Below are positions 15,876-26,487 of a stretch of 64,000 nucleotides of DNA, piece by piece. Location of the stretch: contig CAZXEC010000001.1 in the NCBI GenBank assembly GCA_964639595.1, positions 187,750 to 251,749 on the forward strand. The letters run 5' to 3'. The first letter of the stretch is position 1; every line of letters begins with the position of its first letter. The notes beneath the pieces are model-generated. The model was not told the DNA's origin. It made no database searches and saw nothing but the letters and a program-made list of their open reading frames with translations. The position numbers were made by a program, and so were the translations under genes. The stretch is from an uncultured Gammaproteobacteria bacterium (GTDB taxonomy: Bacteria; Patescibacteriota; Microgenomatia; CAZXEC01).

Positions 15876-17930
15876 ATGGACTTATCTGGTGTTTTGGCAG
15901 GCTATCCGGCGGAGCAATTTGCTCCGTATGTTATTTTTGCAGCTCCCCTGTTGGCCATTTTATATGGGGCTCTTTTGACCCAATGGATTGTCACTTTACC
16001 GGCCGGTAATTCCAAGATGCAGGAGATTGCCCAGGCTATCCAAGAAGGAGCAGGAGCATATCTAAACAGGCAATATACAGTGGTGGCGACAATTGCGGCA
16101 GTACTTTTTGCCACGTTGTGGTATTTCTTAGGCGCCCAATACGCTGTTGGTTTTGCCATTGGGGCGATTCTTTCGGCCTTGGCCGGATATATTGGGATGA
16201 ATGTATCAGTCAGAGCCAATGTCAGGACTGCAGAAGCGGCCCGCGACGGACTGGCAAAAGCGCTGGATGTGGCTTTCAAAGGTGGAGCTATCACTGGTTT
16301 GGTAGTGGTAGCTTTGGGGCTATTGTCGGTGGCTATTTTCTATTTTGGACTGGTTAGTTTAGGATTTGCCAAAGCAGAGGCAGTCAAGGCTTTGGTTGGT
16401 CTGGGTTTTGGCGGGAGTTTAATCTCGGTTTTTGCCCGCTTGGGCGGAGGGATTTTTACCAAAGGGGCGGATGTTGGTACAGATATGGTGGGCAAAATTG
16501 AAGCCGGTATTCCCGAAGATGATCCCAGAAACCCGGGGGTGATTGCCGATAATGTGGGAGATAATGTGGGAGATTGTGCCGGCATGGCGGCTGATTTATT
16601 TGAGACGTATGCGGTGACCTGTGTGGCTGCTATGATGTTAGGTTTTTTGGTATTCCCCAAATATGATTTGGCTATTTTGTATCCTTTGGTCATTGGGGCA
16701 TTGTCTATTGTCTGCTCTATTGTTGGCGTCATGGTAGTGCGCTTGCCGAAGAATAATTCCATTATGGGGGCTTTATATGAGGGGCTGATCATCTCCACTT
16801 TGCTGCCTGCTATTATTTTTTATCCGGTGACCATTTGGGTGATGGGAGCAAACGAGCTCTATCATGTTTCAAATATTTACTGGTCAGCACTTTTGGGTCT
16901 GGTAGTAACTGGCGGCATGGTGGTGATAACCGAATACTTTACCTCAACCAAATATGGCCCGGTGCGCTTTATTGCCAAATCTTCGGTCACCGGTCATGGT
17001 ACTAATGTGATTGCCGGCTTAACCATCTCCTTAAAATCTACTTTTTTGCCGATCTTATTGATTTCAGCAGCTATTTTGATTGCTTACAATATTGCCGGCA
17101 TCTATGGTGTGGCTGTGGCTGCCATGTCTATGTTATCGATGACCGGTATTATTGTGGCCATTGATGCTTTTGGGCCAATTACTGATAATGCCGGAGGTAT
17201 TGCCGAAATGGCCGAGTTGCCGGATAAGGTGAGGGAAGTAACCGATCCTCTGGATGCTGTTGGAAATACCACTAAGGCTGTTACCAAAGGTTATGCGATT
17301 GCTTCTGCAGCTCTGGCGGCCCTGGTGCTTTTTTCTGCTTATACCCAGGAACTGGCAGCCTTAGGCAAGAATGTGGTATTTACCTTGTCTGACCCGCAAG
17401 TTTTGGTAGGTTTGTTTATCGGTGGCTCCTTGCCATTTTTATTTGCCGCTTATGCTATGGAGGCAGTTGGCAAATCTGCCATGGCAGTGGTGGAAGAAGT
17501 CAGGCGGCAGTTTAGGGAAATCAAAGGCATCATGCAGGGTCGCGCCAAACCTGATTATGCCGCTTGCGTGTCAATCGTCACTGAAGCTGCCCAAAAACAG
17601 ATGATTTTGCCGGCTTTAATCCCGGTGGTGGCGCCGGTGGCAGTAGGCCTGCTGTTGGGCGCTCAAGCCCTGGGCGGCATGTTGGTAGGCTCAATTGTCA
17701 CGGGTATTTTTGTGGCCATTTCCATGACCACCGGCGGAGCGGCTTGGGATAATGCCAAAAAATATATTGAGGCGGGCAACTTGGGCGGCAAAGGCTCCGA
17801 TGCTCACCGGGCCGCAGTCACCGGTGACACGGTGGGTGATCCGTATAAGGATACAGCCGGACCAGCCCTCAACCCCATGATTAAAATTATCAATATCATT
17901 GCACTTTTGCTGGTGGGATTTTTGAAGTAG
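15876..17930 (+). CDS. hppA: membrane-bound H+-translocating pyrophosphatase, probably K+-independent
   Basis: [43 protein letters not shown]. Confidence 0.95.
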   Translation: MDLSGVLAGYPAEQFAPYVIFAAPLLAILYGALLTQWIVTLPAGNSKMQEIAQAIQEGAGAYLNRQYTVVATIAAVLFATLWYFLGAQYAVGFAIGAILSALAGYIGMNVSVRANVRTAEAARDGLAKALDVAFKGGAITGLVVVALGLLSVAIFYFGLVSLGFAKAEAVKALVGLGFGGSLISVFARLGGGIFTKGADVGTDMVGKIEAGIPEDDPRNPGVIADNVGDNVGDCAGMAADLFETYAVTCVAAMMLGFLVFPKYDLAILYPLVIGALSIVCSIVGVMVVRLPKNNSIMGALYEGLIISTLLPAIIFYPVTIWVMGANELYHVSNIYWSALLGLVVTGGMVVITEYFTSTKYGPVRFIAKSSVTGHGTNVIAGLTISLKSTFLPILLISAAILIAYNIAGIYGVAVAAMSMLSMTGIIVAIDAFGPITDNAGGIAEMAELPDKVREVTDPLDAVGNTTKAVTKGYAIASAALAALVLFSAYTQELAALGKNVVFTLSDPQVLVGLFIGGSLPFLFAAYAMEAVGKSAMAVVEEVRRQFREIKGIMQGRAKPDYAACVSIVTEAAQKQMILPALIPVVAPVAVGLLLGAQALGGMLVGSIVTGIFVAISMTTGGAAWDNAKKYIEAGNLGGKGSDAHRAAVTGDTVGDPYKDTAGPALNPMIKIINIIALLLVGFLK

Positions 17931-18000
17931 TTATATGGACTGGGGAGCTATTTATATACTGTTTCTCTTTTGGCCACTGTTAGCTTTTTTATTAACTTGT

Positions 18001-18050
18001 AACTTGCACTCCTGGTCTGTCAACTTAATTTCACTCCAGGAGTGCAGGTT
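18001..18050. terminator. long hairpin between convergent genes (possible bidirectional terminator or REP-like element)
   Basis: AACTTGCACTCCTGG (18001-18015) pairs with CCAGGAGTGCAGGTT (18036-18050) with one mismatch. Confidence 0.55.
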
Positions 18051-18088
18051 CAGGTTTATGCAGGCTGACTACGATTAGTAAAATTAAG

Positions 18089-19075
18089 CTAAAACAAACT
18101 TCTGGCGAAATTCCAAATCTCCGGGTGGCCTTTTTCTTTGAGATAATACCACCATTCTGCCCCCCAGAGATAAACTTGCGAGAAATTGGTTTGTTTGGCA
18201 AAATTGGTGATTTCCTGGATTCTCTTGGGGTTCATTGATTGATATTGTTCAGCAATAGTCATCTCCGGCAGAGGTTTTGACCCCCATGGTTCAACCTGCA
18301 ATTCAGAAACAATCACCGGAATATTGTGGTTAATTAGCTTGGCCTTCAAGCGATAAAACTGGGGAGACAGGGGATAATAAAAATATCCCCACAACGGATT
18401 CCAGGTTACCCGATACATGGTAGTGCCGATAATATCTGCCAATTCTGCCGGTTTCAACCAGGTAGACAATTCACCGGAGTCGGTAATGAGTATGGGTCTT
18501 GCATCAATAGACCTCAACAAAGCCGCTTCCTTTTCCAGAAACGCATCATCAGCTGCAGGACAATTCCCGAATGGGAAAAAGGGCTCATTTTCCAACTGCC
18601 AGACGGTAATTGTGGGGTTGCCCTTGTAGCGCTTAACAGTTGCCTCCAGCATTCCCAAAACTCTATTTTGAATTTCTGGTTCAGTGAGGTTTGATATCCA
18701 CTTAGGATCGTGACATTCCGGCCAGTGGGGCAGTTTCCTGCCTACAGCCAAAATAACCTTGGCTCCTCTTTTGCCAGCTTCTTTTATCTGCCAATCAATA
18801 TCGGCAAAATTAAATCGTCCTTGTTTTGGTTCTATCTGGTTCCAATTGGCTTGCAGGCGCAGGAGTCTGACCTTTAAATCATCAAGATATGCCAGGTAAG
18901 TTTTTTTCCAATCAAGCCCCAGGTATTGGGCGTGAGCTTGGGCAAAAGAGGCGCCAAAGACAGAGGCACTTTTAATATTTTTAGCGCTTTGGTCTTCTAA
19001 ATAAAGAGACAACCAAACCAAAACAGCGATAGTAAGAAATGCCGCTATCCAGTAAATTTTTTTCAAATGGATCAT
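18089..19075 (-). CDS. membrane-anchored clan GH-A glycoside hydrolase (GH5/GH42-like)
   Basis: N-terminal anchor; WNQIEPKQGRFNF, acid/base WQLENEP, nucleophile region VSELQ. Confidence 0.75.
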   Translation of the reverse strand: MIHLKKIYWIAAFLTIAVLVWLSLYLEDQSAKNIKSASVFGASFAQAHAQYLGLDWKKTYLAYLDDLKVRLLRLQANWNQIEPKQGRFNFADIDWQIKEAGKRGAKVILAVGRKLPHWPECHDPKWISNLTEPEIQNRVLGMLEATVKRYKGNPTITVWQLENEPFFPFGNCPAADDAFLEKEAALLRSIDARPILITDSGELSTWLKPAELADIIGTTMYRVTWNPLWGYFYYPLSPQFYRLKAKLINHNIPVIVSELQVEPWGSKPLPEMTIAEQYQSMNPKRIQEITNFAKQTNFSQVYLWGAEWWYYLKEKGHPEIWNFARSLF

Positions 19076-19977
19076 GGATTTGCACCGATCATTGCCAGTC
19101 CGCCAATAATTAGAACAATTGCTAAAATCTTTTGCAGAAATAAGCCAGTGGTTAACTTCTCTTCTAAAACCTGGGGGAATTTTTGGGAAAAAATGATCAC
19201 TAACATAAATAGGAAAGCATACTGGATACCTTGCATGGCCTGGACTATGGTGGGCGATGCCAGTGAAATGGCAAAATTAAGCAGGATAGCTCCCAGCGCT
19301 CCCAACCCCTGTCCAGTTAAAAATAGCAGGCCGGTCCCTTTATTGGTTTTGTCGGTGCTAGCAAAAATTTGCTGCCTGGCTGTGGGGAAAAGTAAAAAAG
19401 TTAATACTAACAGGGCTGCTCCCCATCTGGACCAAAAAAACCCATTAATAAAACCAATGTTGTTGTAGACATATTTAGATAAGGTAAAGGTGGCCGCAAA
19501 AAATAATGATGCCAATATGGCAAACATGAAACCCTTGCTAGAAAAACTCAAGAAAGTTTTTAAGTTGGCGGAAATGATTATAGTTCCTAAAATGAGCAAC
19601 AACAGGGCGGTGATTTGTAATTGAGATAATTTTTCCGACAAAAAAAGCCATGAGAGGGCAAAAATTACCACCGGTTGGGTGCCACCGACAAACGGGATCA
19701 CCCTGGAGGTTTCTTCCCGCCGCAGGGCGGCGAAGAAAAAAAGCAAAGCAACAGCAAACAGGGCGCCAGCAGCAAGGCTTGTTAAAATTTGGCCAACAGC
19801 CGGAATAGTCACTCCGAAAGGAATAAAGACGACCACCAGTAATCCCAACAAAGAGATAAAAAAAGTATAAGCAATCGGATTGGGGATGCTTTTGGTTAAA
19901 AGAATCTTATCAATAACAAAAGCCAGGGCGTTGGCCAGGTGTCCGACAAGTACAATGGTGATCCAGCTTGTAATCAT
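19072..19977 (-). CDS. EamA/DMT family transporter
   Basis: About 10 TM helices in two repeats; LFLSEKLS motif. Confidence 0.8.
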   Translation of the reverse strand: MITSWITIVLVGHLANALAFVIDKILLTKSIPNPIAYTFFISLLGLLVVVFIPFGVTIPAVGQILTSLAAGALFAVALLFFFAALRREETSRVIPFVGGTQPVVIFALSWLFLSEKLSQLQITALLLLILGTIIISANLKTFLSFSSKGFMFAILASLFFAATFTLSKYVYNNIGFINGFFWSRWGAALLVLTFLLFPTARQQIFASTDKTNKGTGLLFLTGQGLGALGAILLNFAISLASPTIVQAMQGIQYAFLFMLVIIFSQKFPQVLEEKLTTGLFLQKILAIVLIIGGLAMIGANP

Positions 19978-21323
19978 ACAATTAATGGCAATGATGCCAA
20001 TTTTGGTTTTTCTCCGCTAAGAATTTCTTCAATTCTCCAAGTACCATGGGTGGGGGCATTAAAAAATCCATTCCAGGCCATTTCTGCCAAGCCTCCGGAC
20101 AAAATCCAGTCGAACAGCCACTGATGAGTATATTTAGGGTCAAGTTGGGCAATGCCTCCCCCTACCGAGAGTAGCCATTGATAATTATATAACTCCTGCG
20201 ATCCAATTGGTGGGGCCATGATAATTGGCAGCCCCAGCCCGGTATAAAATGACAGCTCGGAAGGTTTGGTCCATAGCACATCTGTTTCGTGTAAAATATG
20301 GTTAAACTGAGCAAAATATTGATGGCGTTTTGGGGTGTAAAGAATATTAATACCCCTGCCCTGCTCGTCTTTTAGCCCTAGTTGCGTGATGGTGTCCTCA
20401 AAATAAGTGTTAACATCAGCTTTAGTGCCGGCGATCAACCAGAGTCTAACCTGTTCTTGCTTGATTAACGTAGATAGACTTTGAGCAATTTGGGCACCCA
20501 GTTCCCTTTGGGCGCCGGCTCCGCCCACGGCAAAGGTAATGGTTAGGGGTCTTTCCACACTGGTCTTCTGCCAATTTTCCCCCAAGGCCCTGTCAATAGT
20601 ATCTCGATATTTTTCAGTAAATACCCCCAAAGGGTCGAGTTTTTTCAGTCTCCTCGGCAAATCCTGTTTAATGTCACGAACATCAACCCCTCCCACCAGC
20701 TCTTTTGGCAATGGGAAACCGGTCAGGTAAATATTATCCTGGTCAACACCATACAGTTTTAATCTTTCCGCCACCCGGCCATTAGGGACAAAATATTTAA
20801 TTTTACTTAGGTGGGGATCAAGTGGGGCCCAAGCCCGTGATACATCAGCATCCAGGATAGTGATGTAAATATCACCCGGATAATCAAAGTATTCAGCCGC
20901 ATAAGCAATGGTAAAAAAGGTGGCTACTAAAGGCAAAGGCTGTTTTTTGAGCCGGTCTATTAAATCTTGAAACAATCCCTTTTGGAAAGCGGCATAATTT
21001 TGCTGGAGTTGCCAGCTGGGTTTTGACAAATCTCTTTTAGGATAAAAAGGAATAATTCTCTGAAAATAATCAAAGATGACAAAGACCACCTCGCCTATTA
21101 TGGGGACAGTTTTGAATCTGGAGATGCCTTCATAAAAATGGCGGATATTATTCCAATAATTCTTGTCACTTGGGGGAATTCCCGGATAATCATTGGCAAT
21201 AATGACGCCATCATAAGCCAGATGCGATAAGTTAAAAGCGGCCCTTTCGTGTCCATAGCCCATATCCAGAGTAACTACCCAGGCCAGAGATACATTATTA
21301 TTTGGCAAGTTGGTCTTTTCCAC
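19974..21323 (-). CDS. GT-B-fold glycosyltransferase-like protein
   Basis: DMGYGHERAA, TGFPL, VGGAG, DVLWTKPSE, PPIGSQE resemble MGDG synthase/MurG-type motifs; start set at GTG 21323 because TGnTATACT lies 7 nt upstream. Confidence 0.65.
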   Translation of the reverse strand: MEKTNLPNNNVSLAWVVTLDMGYGHERAAFNLSHLAYDGVIIANDYPGIPPSDKNYWNNIRHFYEGISRFKTVPIIGEVVFVIFDYFQRIIPFYPKRDLSKPSWQLQQNYAAFQKGLFQDLIDRLKKQPLPLVATFFTIAYAAEYFDYPGDIYITILDADVSRAWAPLDPHLSKIKYFVPNGRVAERLKLYGVDQDNIYLTGFPLPKELVGGVDVRDIKQDLPRRLKKLDPLGVFTEKYRDTIDRALGENWQKTSVERPLTITFAVGGAGAQRELGAQIAQSLSTLIKQEQVRLWLIAGTKADVNTYFEDTITQLGLKDEQGRGINILYTPKRHQYFAQFNHILHETDVLWTKPSELSFYTGLGLPIIMAPPIGSQELYNYQWLLSVGGGIAQLDPKYTHQWLFDWILSGGLAEMAWNGFFNAPTHGTWRIEEILSGEKPKLASLPLIV

Positions 21324-21409
21324 TCTAGATAGTATAACAAGGCTCAAAGAGCATGAGAAGGGTAAATTGTTCAACAGGTTGTTTTATGGTAAAATTTCCT
21401 GGCTAGTAA

Positions 21410-21482
21410 GCCGCTATCGTCTAGAGGCCCAGGACGCATGGTTCTCAACCATGCAACACCGGTTCGAATCCGGTTAGCGGCA
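21410..21482 (+). tRNA. tRNA-Glu (anticodon CTC), CCA not encoded
   Basis: Acceptor stem GCCGCTA/TAGCGGC, anticodon arm CATGG-TTCTCAA-CCATG, T-arm ACCGG-TTCGAAT-CCGGT. Confidence 0.96.
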
Positions 21483-21678
21483 CTTTTGGCAAAAAGGGGG
21501 CTTTCACAAGAGCCACTTTCGCCTCTCCATTGATCACTTGGCATTGACATGACTCTTTATGGTAAAATAACCCAATAAATTCAATCCTGCCCGGGACTGT
21601 TAAGAATATTTTTTACATAGTAATTATCCATGATGTAGGTGTAGGTAGGAGTCTTTTTAGTCCCTAAAAGAGCCTGAT

Positions 21679-22146
21679 ATGAAGAAAAGTGATAAAATAT
21701 ACCTAACTGCCCAGGGCCTAGATAAGCTCAAAGCAGAACATGACGAGCTGGTCAATATCAAACGACCGGAGGTAGCCCAACGGATTGCCCGGGCCCGGGA
21801 CTTTGGTGATCTGTCGGAAAACGCCGAATACGATGAGGCTAAAAATGAGCAGGCCTTTATTGAAGGCCGGCTAGAAGAACTGGAAACTATTCTGCGTAAT
21901 GCCCAGGTTATTGGTGATAGGCCTAAGTCTGACTTTGTGGTGATTGGGTCAACAGTAGTTGTTGAATGTGAGGGCCAGATTGATGAGTTTACTATTGTGG
22001 GTTCAGTAGAAGCCAATCCGGCCAAGAAAAGAATTTCTAATGAATCGCCGGTAGGGAAAGTACTTTTGGGTACCAAGGAAGGAGAGGAAATTTGGGTGAC
22101 AACTCCAGTGGTAAAAGTTAAATATCGTGTGTTGGAGATTAAGTAA
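21679..22146 (+). CDS. greA: transcription elongation factor GreA
   Basis: GDLSENAEYDEAK, ISNESPVG. Confidence 0.96.
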   Translation: MKKSDKIYLTAQGLDKLKAEHDELVNIKRPEVAQRIARARDFGDLSENAEYDEAKNEQAFIEGRLEELETILRNAQVIGDRPKSDFVVIGSTVVVECEGQIDEFTIVGSVEANPAKKRISNESPVGKVLLGTKEGEEIWVTTPVVKVKYRVLEIK

Positions 22147-22148
22147 AT

Positions 22149-23510
22149 ATGAAAAATGATAAATATCTGCGTGAATTCAAAGTAAATTTGACATCGCTGT
22201 CTGCTGCTGACAAAAAGCTGATGGTTAAACTGGTAGAGGTTGTCAGGTTAGTTGCTCCCTTGTATGCCCAGCAGGTCAATAGCAAGTATCCTGGCGCCAA
22301 TTTTTATCCGCATGATGCCTCCCGTGAAGAGATAGAAAAAGCAGCGCACAACAACCCGGATATTTTGAGCCCCTATACTGTGGTAGAGCGTCAAAATGGC
22401 CAGCTGGTAGCTATTCCCTATCATGTTAAATACCAAAAAGCTCTCCTGCCAATTTCCCGGGCTTTGCATGAAGCAGCAGCTCTGTCCGATGGTCAGATGA
22501 GCCGCTATTTAAAAGCCACAGCCGAGGCCCTGCTGGCTGGTGATTATGACGAGATAGATAAATATTGGTTATCTCTCAAAAACTATAATATCGATATTCT
22601 GATTGGGCCGTTTGAGAGATATGTGGATAAACTATTTTTTATTAAGCGCGCCTACCAGGGGTATCTGGGACTTGTTAATAGACAATTAACTAAATTGGCA
22701 CAAGATATCCGTGATGTTTTATATAACACTATTGAAAATAATCCTGATATCAAACACCGGATAATTCCTCTGGAAAGGACACAAGTTAGCGCAATAGACA
22801 ACATTGCCTTTTCGGGATTTTTGGCAGAATCATTGTTTTCCCAGGAACATTTTCCTTGTAATGAGGCCAATATGGAAAAATATGGAGCCAGGATCATCAT
22901 CTATGCCAGCTCCTTAAAGTACAAATTTGATAATTTATTGTATCCTATTTTCCAATCGGTTTTTGAAAAACGCTTCCAGTCAGGCTACTCGCGGGAGTTG
23001 TTGGAAAAAGCCAATTCCCTGTATGTATTAGTCAGAGGTATTGCCCAACAAATGCATCGGTATCAAGGTGCCAGAGAACGCTTGAAAGAATTATTCCCGA
23101 TCATTGATGAAGCCAACAGCCCGGTATCCGGTATACAACATTGCAAGCATTTAATTATGAAAGGGGTTATTTCTCAAAAAGAGCTGGAAGCAATTATTAT
23201 CACCCATATCTGTTGGATGTTTTCCGAATGGGTATTGATTAAAAAGACTCAAACCCGCTCTGATTACCTGCACGGGGATGCTTTGGTGTTAGGATTCTAC
23301 TTAACAGAAGGGGCCTTAAGGCTACAAGATGGCATTTCTTGGCCAAATTTTTCTAAAATATTTTTTGAAATAGAAAGATTATCTTTGATATTTGTTAGAT
23401 TAATAACCATAGGTGATTATCAGGAAGCCAAGGACTTTTTTGATAAGTATTTAAAGTTATCTGTTTTTGATCAGCTGGCAGTCAGATTAACAAAAATTAA
23501 ACCGATTTAA
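22149..23510 (+). CDS. peptidase M49 (DPP III)-like protein lacking the HEXXH motif
   Basis: PGANFYPHD, SPYTVV, IPYH, IGPFERYVDKLF; expected zinc motif reads VRGIAQQ. Confidence 0.65.
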   Translation: MKNDKYLREFKVNLTSLSAADKKLMVKLVEVVRLVAPLYAQQVNSKYPGANFYPHDASREEIEKAAHNNPDILSPYTVVERQNGQLVAIPYHVKYQKALLPISRALHEAAALSDGQMSRYLKATAEALLAGDYDEIDKYWLSLKNYNIDILIGPFERYVDKLFFIKRAYQGYLGLVNRQLTKLAQDIRDVLYNTIENNPDIKHRIIPLERTQVSAIDNIAFSGFLAESLFSQEHFPCNEANMEKYGARIIIYASSLKYKFDNLLYPIFQSVFEKRFQSGYSRELLEKANSLYVLVRGIAQQMHRYQGARERLKELFPIIDEANSPVSGIQHCKHLIMKGVISQKELEAIIITHICWMFSEWVLIKKTQTRSDYLHGDALVLGFYLTEGALRLQDGISWPNFSKIFFEIERLSLIFVRLITIGDYQEAKDFFDKYLKLSVFDQLAVRLTKIKPI

Positions 23511-23515
23511 ATTTT

Positions 23516-24934
23516 ATGGTTGAGCAACCACGATCAGAAGGCCAATCTAGACTGTCCATGCAAAAATTTATAGTACCGGAAAGGGACTTGCTACCTCGGC
23601 CGGAGGCACAGCTGTTGGCGGCTCTGGAGCAGGCAGCTGAAGCAGGTGCCCAAATTTTTGCCAGACAACAGGATACCAGATTCGCCGGGGCTAATTTTTA
23701 TCCCCATGGTGCTACCAAAGATCAAATAGCGGCAGCTGCCCAAACAAATCCTTTGATTTATGACCCCTATCATGTGGTAGTGGCAGGTAATCAAGGGGAG
23801 CTAGCTACGGTGCCTTACCATGAATATTATCGTGAACAGATCAAACCGATCTTGGCAGCTTTGAATAAGGCGGTTGGTTTTGCTGCTCGCTATGATCAGA
23901 AAATGCATTTGGCCGCCATCGGTGCAGCTTTGCAAAAAGGCAACCACGAAGGAGCGGTTGAGGCTTGGTTATCTATGGATCCCGAACCCAAGGTTTGTGC
24001 CGTCATTGGGTTTTATGATCGCTATACGGACGGACTGTTTAATAGAAAATATGCCTTTGAAGCCTGGGTGGGAATTTTGGACGAAGATACTACTCAAACC
24101 TGCCAGTCAAGGGTAGATGAAATTATTGATGTTTGGCGAAAAAGAGGCTTAAAGCCTGCTGATATGGCAGTACCCAAAATCAGGGTGAGGGTAGATAGGA
24201 CCACTATTTTCTCCGGTCAAGCTGCCCTTTACGATTGGGGAGCCAATAATTTACCGTGCCAGAGACAGTGGAGAGAAAGATATGGTTCAAAATTTGTCAT
24301 TTTTGAGTCTAACTTTGTGGACAAAATGGTTTTTGGCCGTATTCCATTACTTGGGCAGACAGTAGATAAGGATTTTACTGATGCTGATATAGAGCAAATT
24401 TTTGAAGCAGCCCTGCTGAATTATCTGGGACACGAACCCAGCCATGCTTTTATTCGTCGGCCTCAAGATGAGGAAAGACTGGGTGGGGAATACGCTATGT
24501 TTAGTGAACTTTACTGCACTGCCCTGGGAATGTGGCTAGCCTTAGATCTAGATATAGATGATCAACTCAAAGATTCTGTTTTGGCCATGCATTTTGCTGC
24601 TACCGCTGATGACAAAATCAGTTTTGAAACTAAGGGTACCAGAAGAGAATATGCTGAAGCCGATCTGGTTATTTTTAATTTTTTGAGAGAAAAAAAATTA
24701 ATTACTATACACGATGGCAGGATTAGTTGGAAGAATTGGCGTGAGTTGCAGCAGGCCTTAGGCGAATTAGTCCATATTTTAGAGCAAATCGCCAGTGCTG
24801 GTGACCAAGATGATGTTTTAAAATTACAGGATCAGTATGGCAGCAAAACTATCCTAGATCGACTTAGTGTTTTTAAATCCAGCCACAAGGGGCCAAAAAC
24901 ATCCAAACCGCTTAATCCTTTACTGGTGTCATAA
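23516..24934 (+). CDS. peptidase M49 (DPP III)-like metallopeptidase
   Basis: GANFYPHG, VPYH, NNLP, RYGSK, HEPSH zinc motif. Confidence 0.7.
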   Translation: MVEQPRSEGQSRLSMQKFIVPERDLLPRPEAQLLAALEQAAEAGAQIFARQQDTRFAGANFYPHGATKDQIAAAAQTNPLIYDPYHVVVAGNQGELATVPYHEYYREQIKPILAALNKAVGFAARYDQKMHLAAIGAALQKGNHEGAVEAWLSMDPEPKVCAVIGFYDRYTDGLFNRKYAFEAWVGILDEDTTQTCQSRVDEIIDVWRKRGLKPADMAVPKIRVRVDRTTIFSGQAALYDWGANNLPCQRQWRERYGSKFVIFESNFVDKMVFGRIPLLGQTVDKDFTDADIEQIFEAALLNYLGHEPSHAFIRRPQDEERLGGEYAMFSELYCTALGMWLALDLDIDDQLKDSVLAMHFAATADDKISFETKGTRREYAEADLVIFNFLREKKLITIHDGRISWKNWRELQQALGELVHILEQIASAGDQDDVLKLQDQYGSKTILDRLSVFKSSHKGPKTSKPLNPLLVS

Positions 24935-24985
24935 TTCCTATTGAGCCAGATTGTAAACAAATGAACGATTTCGTATACTAGCCTC

Positions 24986-26458
24986 ATGGAACCACTAGAA
25001 GGGCTAAGGCAAGTCCGCCTGCAAAAATTAGCCGATTTAAAAAAAGCCGGTATCAGTCCTTATCCGGCCAAATTCGATAAACGACATACTATTGCCCAGG
25101 CACTGGCATCGCTTGATAAAAAGGTGACCACTGCCGGTCGGATTATGTCGCTGCGGCCGCATGGCAAAATTACTTTTGCCGATTTGCGCGATGCCTCCGG
25201 CCAAATTCAACTATTTTTCTCTCAAGAAAACCTGACGGCTGATAGCCATCAACTGTTAACTCTCTTGGACATTGGTGATTTTTTGGGAGTATCCGGTAAA
25301 GTTTTCAAAACTAAAGCCGGTGAGATCACTATTGAGATTGACAATTTCAGCGTGCTGGCCAAGTCTTTAAGGCCCCTGCCTTCTTCTTGGTATGGCTTGA
25401 AAGATATTGAAGAGAAGTACCGGCGCCGTTATTTGGATTTGATTATTAATGATGATGCTAAAAAAACTTTTCTTTTACGCACTAAAATAGTTTCTGCAAT
25501 TCGCCGTTTTTTGGATGGTCAAGATTTTATTGAAGTAGAAACTCCCACCTTGCAATCAATTTATGGTGGTGCTAATGCCCGGCCATTTACCACCCACCAC
25601 CAGACCTTGGAGGCTGATTTTTATCTTAAAATCTCCGATGAGTTGTATCTGAAGCGTTTGATTGTGGGCGGGTGGGAAAAAGTTTATGAGATTGATCATA
25701 ATTTCCGCAATGAAGGGGTGGATCGAACTCATAATCCGGAATTTACCATGATGGAATGTTATCAAGCTTATGCTGATTACCGTGACATGATGGAGTTAAC
25801 GGAATCGCTTTATGAAACAGTTGCCAAAGATGTTCTGGGATCAACTAAAATTGACTATCAAAACCAGACAATTGACTTGAAAAAACCCTGGAAGAGACAA
25901 ACCATGGCCGAGGCAATTGGTGAGTATTTGGGGTATGACGTTAATAAAATGTCCGATGATGATTTGAAAAAGGCCATTGCAAAAGAAAAAGTGGCTTATG
26001 AAGGCGAGCCGACTTTAACCGGCGTGGCAGCCGGCTTTGTCCGCGGGATTGCCATTGCCACCCTGTTTGAGGCGGCGGAGAAAAAATTAGTTCAGCCCAC
26101 CTTTATTATTGATTTCCCCAAAGAGACAGCAGTGCTGGCCAAGCCCCACCGTGATAATCCCAGCTTGATTGAACGGTTTGAAGTCTATATTAATGGGTGG
26201 GAGATGGGTAATGCTTATTCAGAGCTGAATGATCCAATTTTGCAAAAAGCAGGTTTTGAAGAACAGGTCAAAGCCAAAAAATCCGGAGATGAAGAGGCTC
26301 ATCCGATGGATTTGGATTATGTGGAGGCTTTGGAATATGGTATGCCCCCCACCGGCGGTTTGGGTATTGGTATTGACCGGACGGTGATGTTATTGAGCAA
26401 TGCTCAAAATATCCGCGATGTGATATTATTCCCCACGCTAAAGCCGGAGAAGAAGTAA
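24986..26458 (+). CDS. lysS: lysine--tRNA ligase (class II)
   Basis: OB fold, GGANARPF, FRNEG..HNPEFTMME, YGMPPTGGLGIGIDR. Confidence 0.97.
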   Translation: MEPLEGLRQVRLQKLADLKKAGISPYPAKFDKRHTIAQALASLDKKVTTAGRIMSLRPHGKITFADLRDASGQIQLFFSQENLTADSHQLLTLLDIGDFLGVSGKVFKTKAGEITIEIDNFSVLAKSLRPLPSSWYGLKDIEEKYRRRYLDLIINDDAKKTFLLRTKIVSAIRRFLDGQDFIEVETPTLQSIYGGANARPFTTHHQTLEADFYLKISDELYLKRLIVGGWEKVYEIDHNFRNEGVDRTHNPEFTMMECYQAYADYRDMMELTESLYETVAKDVLGSTKIDYQNQTIDLKKPWKRQTMAEAIGEYLGYDVNKMSDDDLKKAIAKEKVAYEGEPTLTGVAAGFVRGIAIATLFEAAEKKLVQPTFIIDFPKETAVLAKPHRDNPSLIERFEVYINGWEMGNAYSELNDPILQKAGFEEQVKAKKSGDEEAHPMDLDYVEALEYGMPPTGGLGIGIDRTVMLLSNAQNIRDVILFPTLKPEKK

Positions 26459-26487
26459 GAAGAGAAAATTAATAAGAAGGAAAGAAT

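Noticed and set aside
17935-18078. 47-aa hydrophobic ORF (MDWGAIY..) after hppA
   Set aside because: It runs through the hairpin and has no recognisable motif, so it cannot be supported.
21410-21560. tRNA-Glu as an integration site
   Set aside because: No integrase nearby and no duplicated tRNA 3' end was seen in the window.
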